A DNA stretch of 53,415 nt from Candidatus Zixiibacteriota bacterium (lineage in GTDB: Bacteria; Zixibacteria; MSB-5A5; RBG-16-43-9). The notes under the pieces are model-generated. The model had not been told where the DNA came from and searched no databases. It worked only from the letters and a program-made list of their open reading frames with translations. This document shows positions 17,013 through 25,125 of this stretch, in pieces. The position numbers were made by a program, and so were the translations under genes. The first letter of the stretch is position 1. Each line of letters begins with the position of its first letter. The stretch lies in assembly GCA_022865345.1 (NCBI GenBank), contig JALHSU010000261.1, positions 1 to 53,415 of the forward strand. Direction: 5' to 3'.

Positions 17013-17840
17013 ATGAACCAGAAACTTAAGAAAGTCATCTCTGCCAGCCGGAGGGTCGATCTTCTAACTTTCTATCCGGATTATTTGATGAAAAGACTGG
17101 AGGAGATCGGGAAAGAAAACATCCATACCCTGGTCATCTGGACCAAAAATCCCCGTAATATTTTAGAGAACAAAAGTCTGAGGAAAAATCTTAAGTCGAT
17201 TGACCAAATCTATCTTTTATTGACCGTAACCGGCTTAGGCGGTACTCCTCTGGAGCCTGAAGCACCAGAACCAGACAGGGTGTTAAAAGCACTGCCTGAT
17301 TTAATAGAGTTTCTTGGCTCGCCTTTAAGAATTGCCATAAGATACGATCCGCTGATCGAAGTCTTTTATGCTAAGAAAATTCACCTCACCAATATAGACT
17401 CAAAACTTTTTCAAGATATTTTGAGCTCAGTTCATTCCTCAGGTATCAAAAGAGTGATCACCTCTTATGTCACCCTTTATCCAAAGGTAAAAAAACGCCT
17501 GGAAAAGTACGATTTCCAGATAGCGGAACATCCGTTAAACGAACTCAGGGATTTCGTCCTGAAGAAAATGATCCCACCAGCTGAAAAGCTGGGCATGGAA
17601 CTTTCCACCTGTGTTCTGCCAGAGATCACTAAAAAAGGGTGTATAGACGGTAATCTCTTCACGGAGCTTCATCCTCGAAAAAAGCCCTGCTCCAGAATTA
17701 AAGATAAAACCCAGAGGGAAAGTTGTCACTGCACAAAATCCGTAGATATTGGTATGTGGTTTCCCTGCTACCATAATTGTTTTTATTGCTATGGTAACCC
17801 TACTTTTCAAAGTCAAGATTCAGAGAAAAAAGATTCCTAA
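17013..17840 (+). CDS. DUF1848-family protein
   Basis: 275 aa. The N-terminal ISASRRVDLLTFYP, IWTKNP and RYDPLI blocks plus a C-terminal Cys cluster (CHC...CYHNCFYCY) match my memory of DUF1848. Confidence 0.7.
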   Translation: MNQKLKKVISASRRVDLLTFYPDYLMKRLEEIGKENIHTLVIWTKNPRNILENKSLRKNLKSIDQIYLLLTVTGLGGTPLEPEAPEPDRVLKALPDLIEFLGSPLRIAIRYDPLIEVFYAKKIHLTNIDSKLFQDILSSVHSSGIKRVITSYVTLYPKVKKRLEKYDFQIAEHPLNELRDFVLKKMIPPAEKLGMELSTCVLPEITKKGCIDGNLFTELHPRKKPCSRIKDKTQRESCHCTKSVDIGMWFPCYHNCFYCYGNPTFQSQDSEKKDS

Positions 17841-17887
17841 AACTGTTTTTGTAATTTCCGGTTAGTCCTCTGACCAACGGTCATCTC

Positions 17888-17952
17888 CTCTGTTGGTGAG
17901 GACACCAACAGAGAGCATTTGCCTGCTGGTGGCTGGTCTCCTGACCAGCCAC
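17888..17952. repeat. two hairpins of the TTGGTG/CACCAA and GGTC/GACC class
   Basis: CTCTGTTGGTG-AGGA-CACCAACAGAG (17888-17913), GTGGCTGGTC-TCCT-GACCAGCCAC (17929-17952). Compare 10136-10187 and 34836-34851. Confidence 0.8.
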
Positions 17953-18065
17953 AAATTCTTTTTACTGTTAAAGATAATCCTTTTAAAGTCGATAATAAAA
18001 TAGAAGATTTTTCTTGTATTATTAAGGATAGTCCCCAAAGCAAAAGTTTTTTAAAGAGGTGAGCT

Positions 18066-19982
18066 GTGAGCCAAGAAGAGAATAATTCTTTGGAAAATTC
18101 TCAGGAGATTAGGGACAACTCCGAATCGGCATCCTCAGGAAATGAGGAGACCAAAGTTGCCATCAAGGAAGAAATAGAAGAGACTCCTGCACCCCCTCAG
18201 GCTGCATCTGAACCTGCATCTTCCGGAGAAGAGAAGGTAGAGGATAAAACCGACAAGGTAAAAATCTCAGACATCGAGATACAATCGCCAATTGATGCCA
18301 TGATTGAAAAAACCCATCTCGATTCTCAATGCCCTGAAAATATGACAGGACAAAAATTGACGGAGAAAAAACCTAAAAGAACCAGAAATTCCAGAAAAAG
18401 ATCAAAGGCTGAATCTGCATCCACTGGATCAGATCCTGAAACCGGATACAGAATTCCAAGTGAACTAAACAAGCTTGAAGCTGAACCAACCAGGCCGGAT
18501 ACCCTGTCCAGGACTAGACCCTTGGAGGAGCAGAAGATCTCGTGCAAAGGGGTGGCTCATTTTAAGGACAACGTCATAAAGATCGCCGGCGGGTTCAGGC
18601 TGCATGCCGGGGATGAGATGAAAATCGGAGATCGGGAGTTCGAGCTAAAGCACCTCGAGCCCAGCAAAAAGCCCTTATACTGGGGGATCCTGGCTTTAGG
18701 GATAATCGTATTATTCTTCATTTTTCAGTCCAGCTTTACCGGGCCCAAGGATTCAGGCAAAATGGTAGGAGTGGTAGTGGAAAAAGGAACAGGCGTATTT
18801 CTCCCCAATGCCATGATAGAACTTAAAGAATTAGGTAAGAAGGTCCAGTCAAATGACCTGGGATTTTTCATAATTGATCTTTTGCCAGCAGGCACCTACC
18901 AGATGCAGGCACAACTCAAAGGTTATACCCCGGTGAGCGAGAATGCGGCGATAGTGAAGAAGCAGATCACCACTACTGTAGTGGAGCTTTCACCTCAAAC
19001 CGCCTTATCTTCTCCAGCCAAGGCTGAGCCTGAAAGATCCGAACCCAGGACCAGGCCGGTTGCTCCGAGCCAGCCCAGATCTACACTCGGCTCAGTTAAG
19101 ATAGAAACCAACGTACCGGGTGTGATTGTTTATTTAGATGGCAGATATTTAGGTGTAGGGAATAATTTGTATGCAGATATCGCACCCGGCACTCATTCTA
19201 TCAGGTTATCCAAAGACAGTTATCAGGACTGGACCGGTAGCGTGGCAGTCAGCGAAAGATCGACCTCCAGGATAAAGGTAAATCTTAACTCCATAGAGAG
19301 CACCTCCGGCTCCTCAAGCTCTACCAGGGGACAGACAGATTTCATGAGTTCAGCTCAGAAAGAATATGACATTGGTAACTATGCTGGAGCAGTGGAGAAC
19401 TACACTAAGGGACTGCTTTTGGATCCGGGTAACCCTGAAGCCTACCTGGGCCGGGGAAGCTCTTATGCGAAGATCGGTGAAAAAAGTAAAGCTATAGCAG
19501 ATCTCTCCCAGGGAGCCAAGCTTTTTGAAAATAAAGGAAACTATAATAAAGCGGTTCTCTGTTACTCTCAGGTTCTGAATCTGACTCCGGGAGATTTAAA
19601 TTACCTCTACTCCCGTGGCCAGGATTATGTCCATACAGGAGAATATGATAAAGCCACTGCAGACTTGAAGAAAGTTACTGAACAGAATCCGAAATATCTT
19701 AACGGCTTCATGGAATTAGGGAATGCCCAGTATAATGCTCAGGATTTTAAAGGAGCAGCAGAAAGTTACACCAAGGCAAGAAAGCTAAGCCCTAATTCCA
19801 GGCAGATTTATGTGAATTTAGCCATGACCTACACGGCACTGGAAAACAAGTCTGAAGCTAAGAAAAATTACGGGAAATTCAAAGAGCTAACCACCCTGGC
19901 AGACCGGGAAACAATGAAGGATGACCCGGAATGGATCAAGGTTTTGAAATTCTTAGGCGAGAGTACGGAAAAAGAATTCTAA
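18066..19982 (+). CDS. membrane protein with acidic N-terminal region, CarboxypepD_reg-like and PEGA-like domains, and C-terminal TPR repeats
   Basis: GTG start after AAAGAGGTGAG. One TM segment (LYWGILALGIIVLFFIF). GTYQMQAQLKGY (Ig-like regulatory domain), GSVKIETNVPGVIVYLDGRYLG (PEGA-like) and several TPR-like repeats. Confidence 0.7.
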   Translation: MSQEENNSLENSQEIRDNSESASSGNEETKVAIKEEIEETPAPPQAASEPASSGEEKVEDKTDKVKISDIEIQSPIDAMIEKTHLDSQCPENMTGQKLTEKKPKRTRNSRKRSKAESASTGSDPETGYRIPSELNKLEAEPTRPDTLSRTRPLEEQKISCKGVAHFKDNVIKIAGGFRLHAGDEMKIGDREFELKHLEPSKKPLYWGILALGIIVLFFIFQSSFTGPKDSGKMVGVVVEKGTGVFLPNAMIELKELGKKVQSNDLGFFIIDLLPAGTYQMQAQLKGYTPVSENAAIVKKQITTTVVELSPQTALSSPAKAEPERSEPRTRPVAPSQPRSTLGSVKIETNVPGVIVYLDGRYLGVGNNLYADIAPGTHSIRLSKDSYQDWTGSVAVSERSTSRIKVNLNSIESTSGSSSSTRGQTDFMSSAQKEYDIGNYAGAVENYTKGLLLDPGNPEAYLGRGSSYAKIGEKSKAIADLSQGAKLFENKGNYNKAVLCYSQVLNLTPGDLNYLYSRGQDYVHTGEYDKATADLKKVTEQNPKYLNGFMELGNAQYNAQDFKGAAESYTKARKLSPNSRQIYVNLAMTYTALENKSEAKKNYGKFKELTTLADRETMKDDPEWIKVLKFLGESTEKEF

Positions 19983-19995
19983 GAAGTCATATGAT

Positions 19996-20036
19996 TAAAA
20001 AAAGACCCTCGTCCTACGGACGGGGGTTTTTTGTTT
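19996..20036. terminator. bidirectional Rho-independent terminator between convergent genes
   Basis: AAAAAAAG-ACCCTCGTCC-TAC-GGACGGGGG-TTTTTTGTTTT. There is an A-run on one side and a T-run on the other. Confidence 0.8.
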
Positions 20037-20045
20037 TGCTTTTTT

Positions 20046-20115
20046 GTAGCGGAAACCTTCAGGTTTCCATCTTTTTTGAATAGAGAAAAGATGGAAGGCT
20101 GAAGCCTTCCGCTAC
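20046..20115. repeat. composite element: GTAGCGG/CCGCTAC clamp enclosing three hairpins
   Basis: GTAGCGG-AAACCTTCAGGTTT-CCATCTTTT..AAAAGATGG-AAGGCTGAAGCCTT-CCGCTAC. Confidence 0.85.
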
Positions 20116-20154
20116 CTACTTTTCCCCTGAGCTGTCGAATACAAAAACCTGAAA

Positions 20155-20988
20155 TTACTCTGGTTTTCTTCCTTTGATTACATAAAAGAAACTTGGTCCG
20201 CAAGCAGTATATTTACTTTCCTCAATTTGCTGTTGAAGAATGGGTTTGAGTCTTTCGGATATTTCCCGGAAACGCTCATACTCTTCCGGGTTACCGCCTC
20301 CTGCTAAGAATTCTTCTCCTGTCCTTTCCATCCAGAATTCGTGCTCATCTAACTGAGTTTTCTTAATCATTTTTAAAAGCTGCTGTTGCTTCGGATCTTC
20401 ATAGGGCGGGATCAGGAAATGGACTTTATCGTTCATCCGAGTGTCAATCCCGATAAGTCCCAGCTTTTTCATCATTGCAGGAACCTTAGAACCTATGCTA
20501 TTGTCACCCCGGCCCAGCTTAATGTGGCCCTTGTGGCAGATCAAATGGACTTTCTTGATTAATAGCTCCTCCTCGATGTCAAGTTCCGGCATTGACCAAT
20601 AGGGTTTTATCAGCATTACCGACAGGTTATCCGGCTCGTTGCACATGATCAGTCCTCCGGGTTCAGCTACCCGTATCATTTCAGCCAGAGCAAGCTCAGG
20701 TTTTTCCAGGTGCATTAGAAGAGTCTGGCACATAACCCAGTCCGCGAAGTTGTCTGAAAACGGTAATTTATAGGCATCGCCTACCATAAATTTTGCCTCC
20801 CCACCAACTGCCCATTCCTTAGCCGCATCTGCCGCTTCCCTGACCAATTCCTCAGAGACATCTACACCTAAATAACGTCCGCCTTTACCGAAATAGGTCC
20901 AGTAGGTGTAACCTAAATTACCCAGACCACATCCGACATCCACTGCGGTCATTCCGGGTCTTAGTTCCAGCCAGAGCTGTAGGGGCAC
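20155..20988 (-). CDS. class I SAM-dependent methyltransferase (N-terminus unusually short and uncertain)
   Basis: Motif I VDVGCGLGNLG begins at residue 16. The GTG start in the track lies inside a 28-nt palindrome (20979-21006). Alternative ATG at 20952-20950. Confidence 0.7.
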   Translation of the reverse strand: MPLQLWLELRPGMTAVDVGCGLGNLGYTYWTYFGKGGRYLGVDVSEELVREAADAAKEWAVGGEAKFMVGDAYKLPFSDNFADWVMCQTLLMHLEKPELALAEMIRVAEPGGLIMCNEPDNLSVMLIKPYWSMPELDIEEELLIKKVHLICHKGHIKLGRGDNSIGSKVPAMMKKLGLIGIDTRMNDKVHFLIPPYEDPKQQQLLKMIKKTQLDEHEFWMERTGEEFLAGGGNPEEYERFREISERLKPILQQQIEESKYTACGPSFFYVIKGRKPE

Positions 20989-21006
20989 GGCACGCCGTGC
21001 CCCTAC
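20979..21006. repeat. 28-nt palindrome GTAGGGGCACGGCACGCCGTGCCCCTAC
   Basis: Read directly. It sits in the 27-nt gap between two minus-strand genes and contains the track start codon of the methyltransferase. Confidence 0.95.
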
Positions 21007-21015
21007 TAAAAATTT

Positions 21016-21453
21016 CTAATTTTCCATCACCTTTTGTTTGCAGTAAGCATATAGTGCATCGTAAACGATGAACTCTTTGGCTAAAACCTCATGATCATCT
21101 TTCAAACCTAAATGCCCGAAACCTTCAGATATGGCTTTCAATCCTACTGCCTCGGGCTGGAGATTGAGATCTTTAGAGACATCTGTGCTGTGAACAATTT
21201 TAGCCATGAGTTGGATGGCTGGGTCTTCGATCTTATATTTTGACACAATAGCTTCAAAACTGCATTTCCCCTCGTTATGGCCTAATTCCACTCCCGGAGC
21301 GTCAAATGGTATTGCTTTTTCACGCTCGGCTATCTTCATAACCTTATCAGCCGGTACAAAAATAAACTCCGCATGCGGGTCGATGAATTTTTTTATCAGC
21401 CAGGGGCATGCCACCCGGTCGACTTTTATTTTTTCGCGGGTGATCCATTTCAT
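21016..21453 (-). CDS. ChrB C-terminal-domain-like (chromate resistance family) protein
   Basis: 145 aa. MKWITREKIKVDRVACPWLIKKFIDPHAEFIFVP matches the conserved start of the Chrome_Resist domain as I recall it. Confidence 0.65.
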   Translation of the reverse strand: MKWITREKIKVDRVACPWLIKKFIDPHAEFIFVPADKVMKIAEREKAIPFDAPGVELGHNEGKCSFEAIVSKYKIEDPAIQLMAKIVHSTDVSKDLNLQPEAVGLKAISEGFGHLGLKDDHEVLAKEFIVYDALYAYCKQKVMEN

Positions 21454-21496
21454 TTTTTTATCTCCCTGATTAGACGCGGTGAACTATGTATCTTTT

Positions 21497-21595
21497 GTCA
21501 TTCTGAGGGAGTTCCCTACGGGGACGACCGAAGAATCTCTCGAATCTGATTTTGAAGTTGATTCTCCTCCACGCCAGAGACGGGCTCAGAATGAT
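21497..21595. repeat. GTCATTCTGAG-type inverted-repeat element (inverted relative to 28881)
   Basis: GTCATTCTGAGGGAGTTCCCTACGGGGACGACCGAAGAATC ... GATTCTCCTCCACGCCAGAGACGGGCTCAGAATGAT. Confidence 0.85.
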
Positions 21596-21867
21596 AATTC
21601 TCGTTCTGTGCTGGGAGGGGGATTGTATATCTCTTCCCTATATCGGGAGGGAGTACAACTCCCGCCTTAGCAAGAGTAATCAATCTACTTCGAAGATGTC
21701 AAGGTTTTTTTATGAAAATTTGCCCTTCTCTCCATAAGCAGATTACATTTGACGCACGATCCTGGAGGGTGCAGTCGAGGACAGAGAGGTAGAGTTACCA
21801 CAGCCTGAGGGCGACTGACTACTCCCTTAACTTTCCTTGATCATTTCATCAAACTTAACGATTTTTC

Positions 21868-21896
21868 TTGACTGAACCTTGTCATTATGCTTTAAT
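21868..21896 (+). promoter_or_regulatory. sigma70-like promoter of usp
   Basis: TTGACT (21868-21873), 17 nt spacer, TTTAAT (21891-21896). Confidence 0.55.
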
Positions 21897-21981
21897 TGTC
21901 CAGATAAACTGCAGAATAAATTTTACTTTTTGATAGGATTTCAGAACTGTTTAGAAAATTTACTCGAAGGAGGGAAAACAA

Positions 21982-22455
21982 ATGCTGCCTTTTAAAAAAA
22001 TTCTCTGTCCTACTGATTTCAGCCAGCCTTCTTATGAGTCTCTGAAAATGGCAGGGGAACTGGCATTACACTTCTCATCTGAGCTTTATCTTGTTCATGT
22101 GCTTGCTCCGATTCCGGTAATAACTGCTGCGACTACTCCGATGAGCGCAGGAGCTCCGACCACCAGTTTTGACGTTGTTTTATATGAGAAAGAGCTGAAA
22201 GGCTCGGCAGAGAAAAAGCTTGAAGAGATAACTGATCAGAGACTATCAAAAGAACTCAAAGTCCAGTCATTTCTGGCATACGGAAAAGCCGCAGATGAGA
22301 TCGTGCGGATTGCCGAGAAAGAGAAAATCGATCTCATAGTCATATCAACCCACGGCGAGACTGGCTTCAGGCATCTCATTTTCGGCTCGGTGGCTGAGAG
22401 AGTGGTAAGGCATGCTCCCTGTCCGGTGCTCACTATCCGGGCAGCTCAAAAATGA
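21982..22455 (+). CDS. universal stress protein (UspA family)
   Basis: 157 aa. ...DLIVISTHGETGFRHLIFGSVAERVVRHAPCPVLTIR. GAAGGAGGG SD. Confidence 0.9.
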   Translation: MLPFKKILCPTDFSQPSYESLKMAGELALHFSSELYLVHVLAPIPVITAATTPMSAGAPTTSFDVVLYEKELKGSAEKKLEEITDQRLSKELKVQSFLAYGKAADEIVRIAEKEKIDLIVISTHGETGFRHLIFGSVAERVVRHAPCPVLTIRAAQK

Positions 22456-22475
22456 AGGAGAACTGGGTTCTGACT

Positions 22476-22648
22476 GTCATTGCGAGGAGGTCATTTGACC
22501 GACGAAGCAATCCGTCAGGTCACACGACACTCGACAGGGCTGGCACCCTCAAACTCGTTTGAGGGTGATACCGGAGTATTTTTCAATGAGTAGACCCATC
22601 TTGCCCTCAAGATGGGTTTCCATTCCCGCCTTGCGGGCAAGGCGGGAA
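22476..22648. repeat. four-module hairpin cassette
   Basis: 37-mer identical to 15747-15783 (22476-22512), CACCCTCAAACTCGTTTGAGGGTG (22544-22567), GTAGACCCATCTTGCCCTCAAGATGGGT (22590-22617), perfect 26-nt palindrome TTCCCGCCTTGCGGGCAAGGCGGGAA (22623-22648). Confidence 0.9.
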
Positions 22649-22690
22649 TACCAGATTTGCTTTTTTTCTTCTGAATGAGGACTTTTTAAA

Positions 22691-23326
22691 ATGAGCCCCT
22701 GGTTTATTCTAATTTTAGCACCGGTTTTCATACTCTTGTGGATATTGTTTTTCTCGCACATCTTTGTCCATCTGACGCTGAATGACAAAACAAGAAAGTT
22801 TTCCCTTAACTGGTTAGGTTGTGGTTTCTATCTGGACTGGTCTGCTCAGAAGATTGGCTTTTACCTATTTAACCAGAAGGTCTTGACAAGCTCCGTTAGA
22901 AAGAACCCGGTCAAGGTAAAAAAAGCTGGAAAAACAGGAAAAGTAAATTATATTATCCTCTGGCAGAAAAAAGATACTGTCATTAAGACTTTGAAAATAA
23001 CCCTGCGATCTTTTGTCGATATGCTCAGAAAAACTAAACTTGAGAGATTCTCGTTGAGCTTGAGAGTAGCCACTCCTGATCCAGCCTTGACCGGGATACT
23101 ATATGGAGGGCTTTCAAGCCTGAGTTATTCGCTCGACTCTTATCTACCAGCCGGGTCAGTTTACTTTTATCCTGATTTTCAAGCTGAGACTCCAAGAACG
23201 GATCTGGAGATATCTTTAAAGACCAGGTTTTTCTATATGCTCTGGGTTGGGGTAAAAACTTTTTTGCTTTTGCCAAAAATATCCCTGGTAAAAACTATGA
23301 GAAAACTTTTCATTAAAGGGAGGTGA
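22691..23326 (+). CDS. DUF2953 (YtfI-like) membrane protein
   Basis: 211 aa with an N-terminal TM segment. Translationally coupled to a YtfJ/GerW-like gene as in the Bacillus ytfI-ytfJ pair. The assignment rests partly on that context. Confidence 0.55.
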   Translation: MSPWFILILAPVFILLWILFFSHIFVHLTLNDKTRKFSLNWLGCGFYLDWSAQKIGFYLFNQKVLTSSVRKNPVKVKKAGKTGKVNYIILWQKKDTVIKTLKITLRSFVDMLRKTKLERFSLSLRVATPDPALTGILYGGLSSLSYSLDSYLPAGSVYFYPDFQAETPRTDLEISLKTRFFYMLWVGVKTFLLLPKISLVKTMRKLFIKGR

Positions 23327-23331
23327 AAAAT

Positions 23332-23709
23332 ATGGAGAATCCAGCACAGGAGCTTATAAAATCGATCCTGGATGAGCTGAAAGCGATTGCCAAAACCGAG
23401 ACCATCGTGGGAGAGCCGATCACCATCGGGGATAAAACCATCGTTCCGGTCTGCAAGATAACCTTAGGGTTTGGAGCAGGCGGTGGGACTGGAGGAGCAA
23501 AGGATAAAGGAGAGGGAACTGGAAGCGGAGGCGGGGGCGGCGTAGCCATTTTCCCTGCTGCCTTTATCGTGATCAAGGGTGACGAAGTATCGGTATTAGG
23601 GGTAAAACCCGGTAAATGGGAATATATTCTGGAGGCTATTCCCGGAATCATCGAGAAATTCAGGGAAGGGAAAAAAGGTAAAAAGGAAAAAGAGGAGAAA
23701 ACTGAGTAA
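23332..23709 (+). CDS. GerW/YtfJ family protein
   Basis: ORF 23323..23709. ATG 23332 sits 8 nt after AAGGGAGG. TIVGEPITIGDKTIVPV...GFGAGGG...GGGGGVAIFPAAFIVI pattern with a central Gly-rich loop. Confidence 0.8.
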   Translation: MENPAQELIKSILDELKAIAKTETIVGEPITIGDKTIVPVCKITLGFGAGGGTGGAKDKGEGTGSGGGGGVAIFPAAFIVIKGDEVSVLGVKPGKWEYILEAIPGIIEKFREGKKGKKEKEEKTE

Positions 23710-23860
23710 GTTCTGAACTGATGCCCAAAACAGTTTTTGGAGTATAAACCTTTAGGTTTATCTGTTAAGCCCTGTTATTTTTTCTATGCATTCAGGTAAA
23801 GCTGAAGTCACCAGGATCTTGAGACTTTACACTCCGACCAAACATTAAAAAAGAGATGAA

Positions 23861-24778
23861 ATGATGAAAGTTATTACCTATCGGGAATTAGAACCCAAGG
23901 ACCGGTTCATGCTTTTGATGGACCAGGCTTTCTGGTGGCCCCTCTCCCCTGCTCAATTAGAGAGATTGATCAATCTGGATATCAGGCTAAAAAATAGTCC
24001 AGTGGGATTCTGTGCCGTAGAAAATGGAACACTTGCTGGTTATGTTGGAGTTATGGACATTCCCACAAAGACAGTTTCTGGAAATGTAGAGACCGTCGGC
24101 GGGATCTGGTGCGTTGCAACCAATCCCCGTTTTGCCAAAAGAGGGATATGCAAAACCTTAATGGATAAAGCTCACCAGTACTTCCAGCAGAAGAAATACC
24201 CCTTCTCTTTTCTGTGCACCAGCCGAACCATAATCGCCTATGCCATTTATGTGAGAATGGGATACGTTGAGGTGGAGAAAGTAAATAGCTATGCGGAAGC
24301 ATACAAAGTTTTAGGTGAAGCGAAACCTGAAAAAAAATCTGAGACAGAGTTAGACCAGAATAAAATCTTCAATCTCTATCAGGAATTCGTCAAAGATAAA
24401 ACTGGACTTGCAGTCAGGCAGAAGAATTTTCTTGAAGTCTTGTCTGAGCGAAAGAAATTCGACGATAAAAAGTCAGTTCTTATGCAAAAGGGATATGCCC
24501 TGGTCTCAGGACCAAGAGAGGTTTCCAGAATAATGGAGCTAATAAGCTCGGATGAGCAAACCTATCACCAGCTACTTGACCAGGTTGAATCTTTTTCCCC
24601 CAACGGTGTAATCGACCGGATGATCACAGATGAGGAACTCCATCAGGTATATAAAGACAGAGGATACTGTATCGAAGAAGCCGATCATGGAGTGGTGATG
24701 GTCAAAAAATTAGCCCGGTCTGAATTTGAAGAGAAATACGGAAGTGCCTTTCATATAGGGATGATGGATATGTTTTAG
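23861..24778 (+). CDS. GNAT-family N-acetyltransferase with C-terminal extension
   Basis: 305 aa. Acetyl-CoA site-like VATNPRFAKRGICKTLM. Its stop codon TAG (24776-24778) overlaps the first base of a GTCATTGCGAG repeat. Confidence 0.7.
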   Translation: MMKVITYRELEPKDRFMLLMDQAFWWPLSPAQLERLINLDIRLKNSPVGFCAVENGTLAGYVGVMDIPTKTVSGNVETVGGIWCVATNPRFAKRGICKTLMDKAHQYFQQKKYPFSFLCTSRTIIAYAIYVRMGYVEVEKVNSYAEAYKVLGEAKPEKKSETELDQNKIFNLYQEFVKDKTGLAVRQKNFLEVLSERKKFDDKKSVLMQKGYALVSGPREVSRIMELISSDEQTYHQLLDQVESFSPNGVIDRMITDEELHQVYKDRGYCIEEADHGVVMVKKLARSEFEEKYGSAFHIGMMDMF

Positions 24779-24938
24779 TCATTGCGAGGTATGGACCTAA
24801 GTGGTGCATACCGAGAATGTCATTTGACCGACGAAGCAATCCACTGAAAGTGAGTAGGTTCTGTTCAAACTGACTTTAGTCAGGTTTGTTTTTCCCTCTC
24901 CTTTTTAAGGAGAGGGTCAGGGTGAGGTCTCCTCATCA
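24778..24938. repeat. hairpin cassette downstream of the GNAT gene
   Basis: GTCATTGCGAGG half-unit with a 29-nt insertion (24778-24841), CTGACTTTAGTCAG (24870-24883), CCCTCTCCTTTTTAAGGAGAGGG (24894-24916), GGTGAGGTCTCCTCATC. Confidence 0.85.
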
Positions 24939-24978
24939 AGCTATCTGCAGATTTTTCATCCTTTCGCAGGAGGTATTT

Positions 24979-25125
24979 GTGTCAACTTTTAAAAACTTCA
25001 AACTTGCCATCATATTTTTCCTCCTTCTCTTTTTGCCTCTCCCCTGTTTTGCCTTACCTGGCTCACCAGTAAAGGTTCATTTCTTGGACAATGGGATGCA
25101 GGTAATCACCAAGGAGGAGAAATGA
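24979..25125 (+). pseudogene. duplicated 5' fragment (SD, signal peptide and first ~20 mature residues) of the downstream M16 peptidase gene
   Basis: GTG 24979 after GGAGGT. VSTFKNFKLAIIFFLLLFLPLPCFALPGSPVKVHFLDNGMQVITKEEK* aligns with residues 1-47 of the 25923 gene. The stop TGA overlaps the ATG of the next gene. Confidence 0.75.

Noticed and set aside
16015-17840. tRNA-Arg-adjacent genes as an integrated genomic island
   Set aside because: There is no integrase, no direct repeat of the tRNA 3' end downstream, and the composition is similar to the surroundings.
21479-21737. ORFs 21479..21670(+) and 21552..21737(+)
   Set aside because: They are largely translations of the GTCATTCTGAG inverted-repeat element, with no SD.
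21596-21981. Possible riboswitch or sRNA in the long (about 385 nt) non-repeat leader upstream of usp
   Set aside because: I could not match the sequence to any riboswitch consensus I know, nor find a convincing conserved fold. A good promoter (21868-21896) lies well downstream of most of this region.
22549-22788. 79-aa ORF on the minus strand
   Set aside because: It overlaps the four-module hairpin cassette and the 5' end of the DUF2953 gene, so it is a repeat-derived open frame.
23313-23651. 112-aa Pro-rich ORF on the minus strand
   Set aside because: It is antisense to the Gly-rich loop of the GerW/YtfJ gene (GGN codons read as Pro), a typical shadow ORF.
24886-24978. Upstream extension of the M16-fragment ORF (track start 24886)
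   Set aside because: The extension reads through the CCCTCTCC..GGAGAGGG hairpin. The homologous GTG with a GGAGGT SD at 24979 matches the start of the full-length gene.
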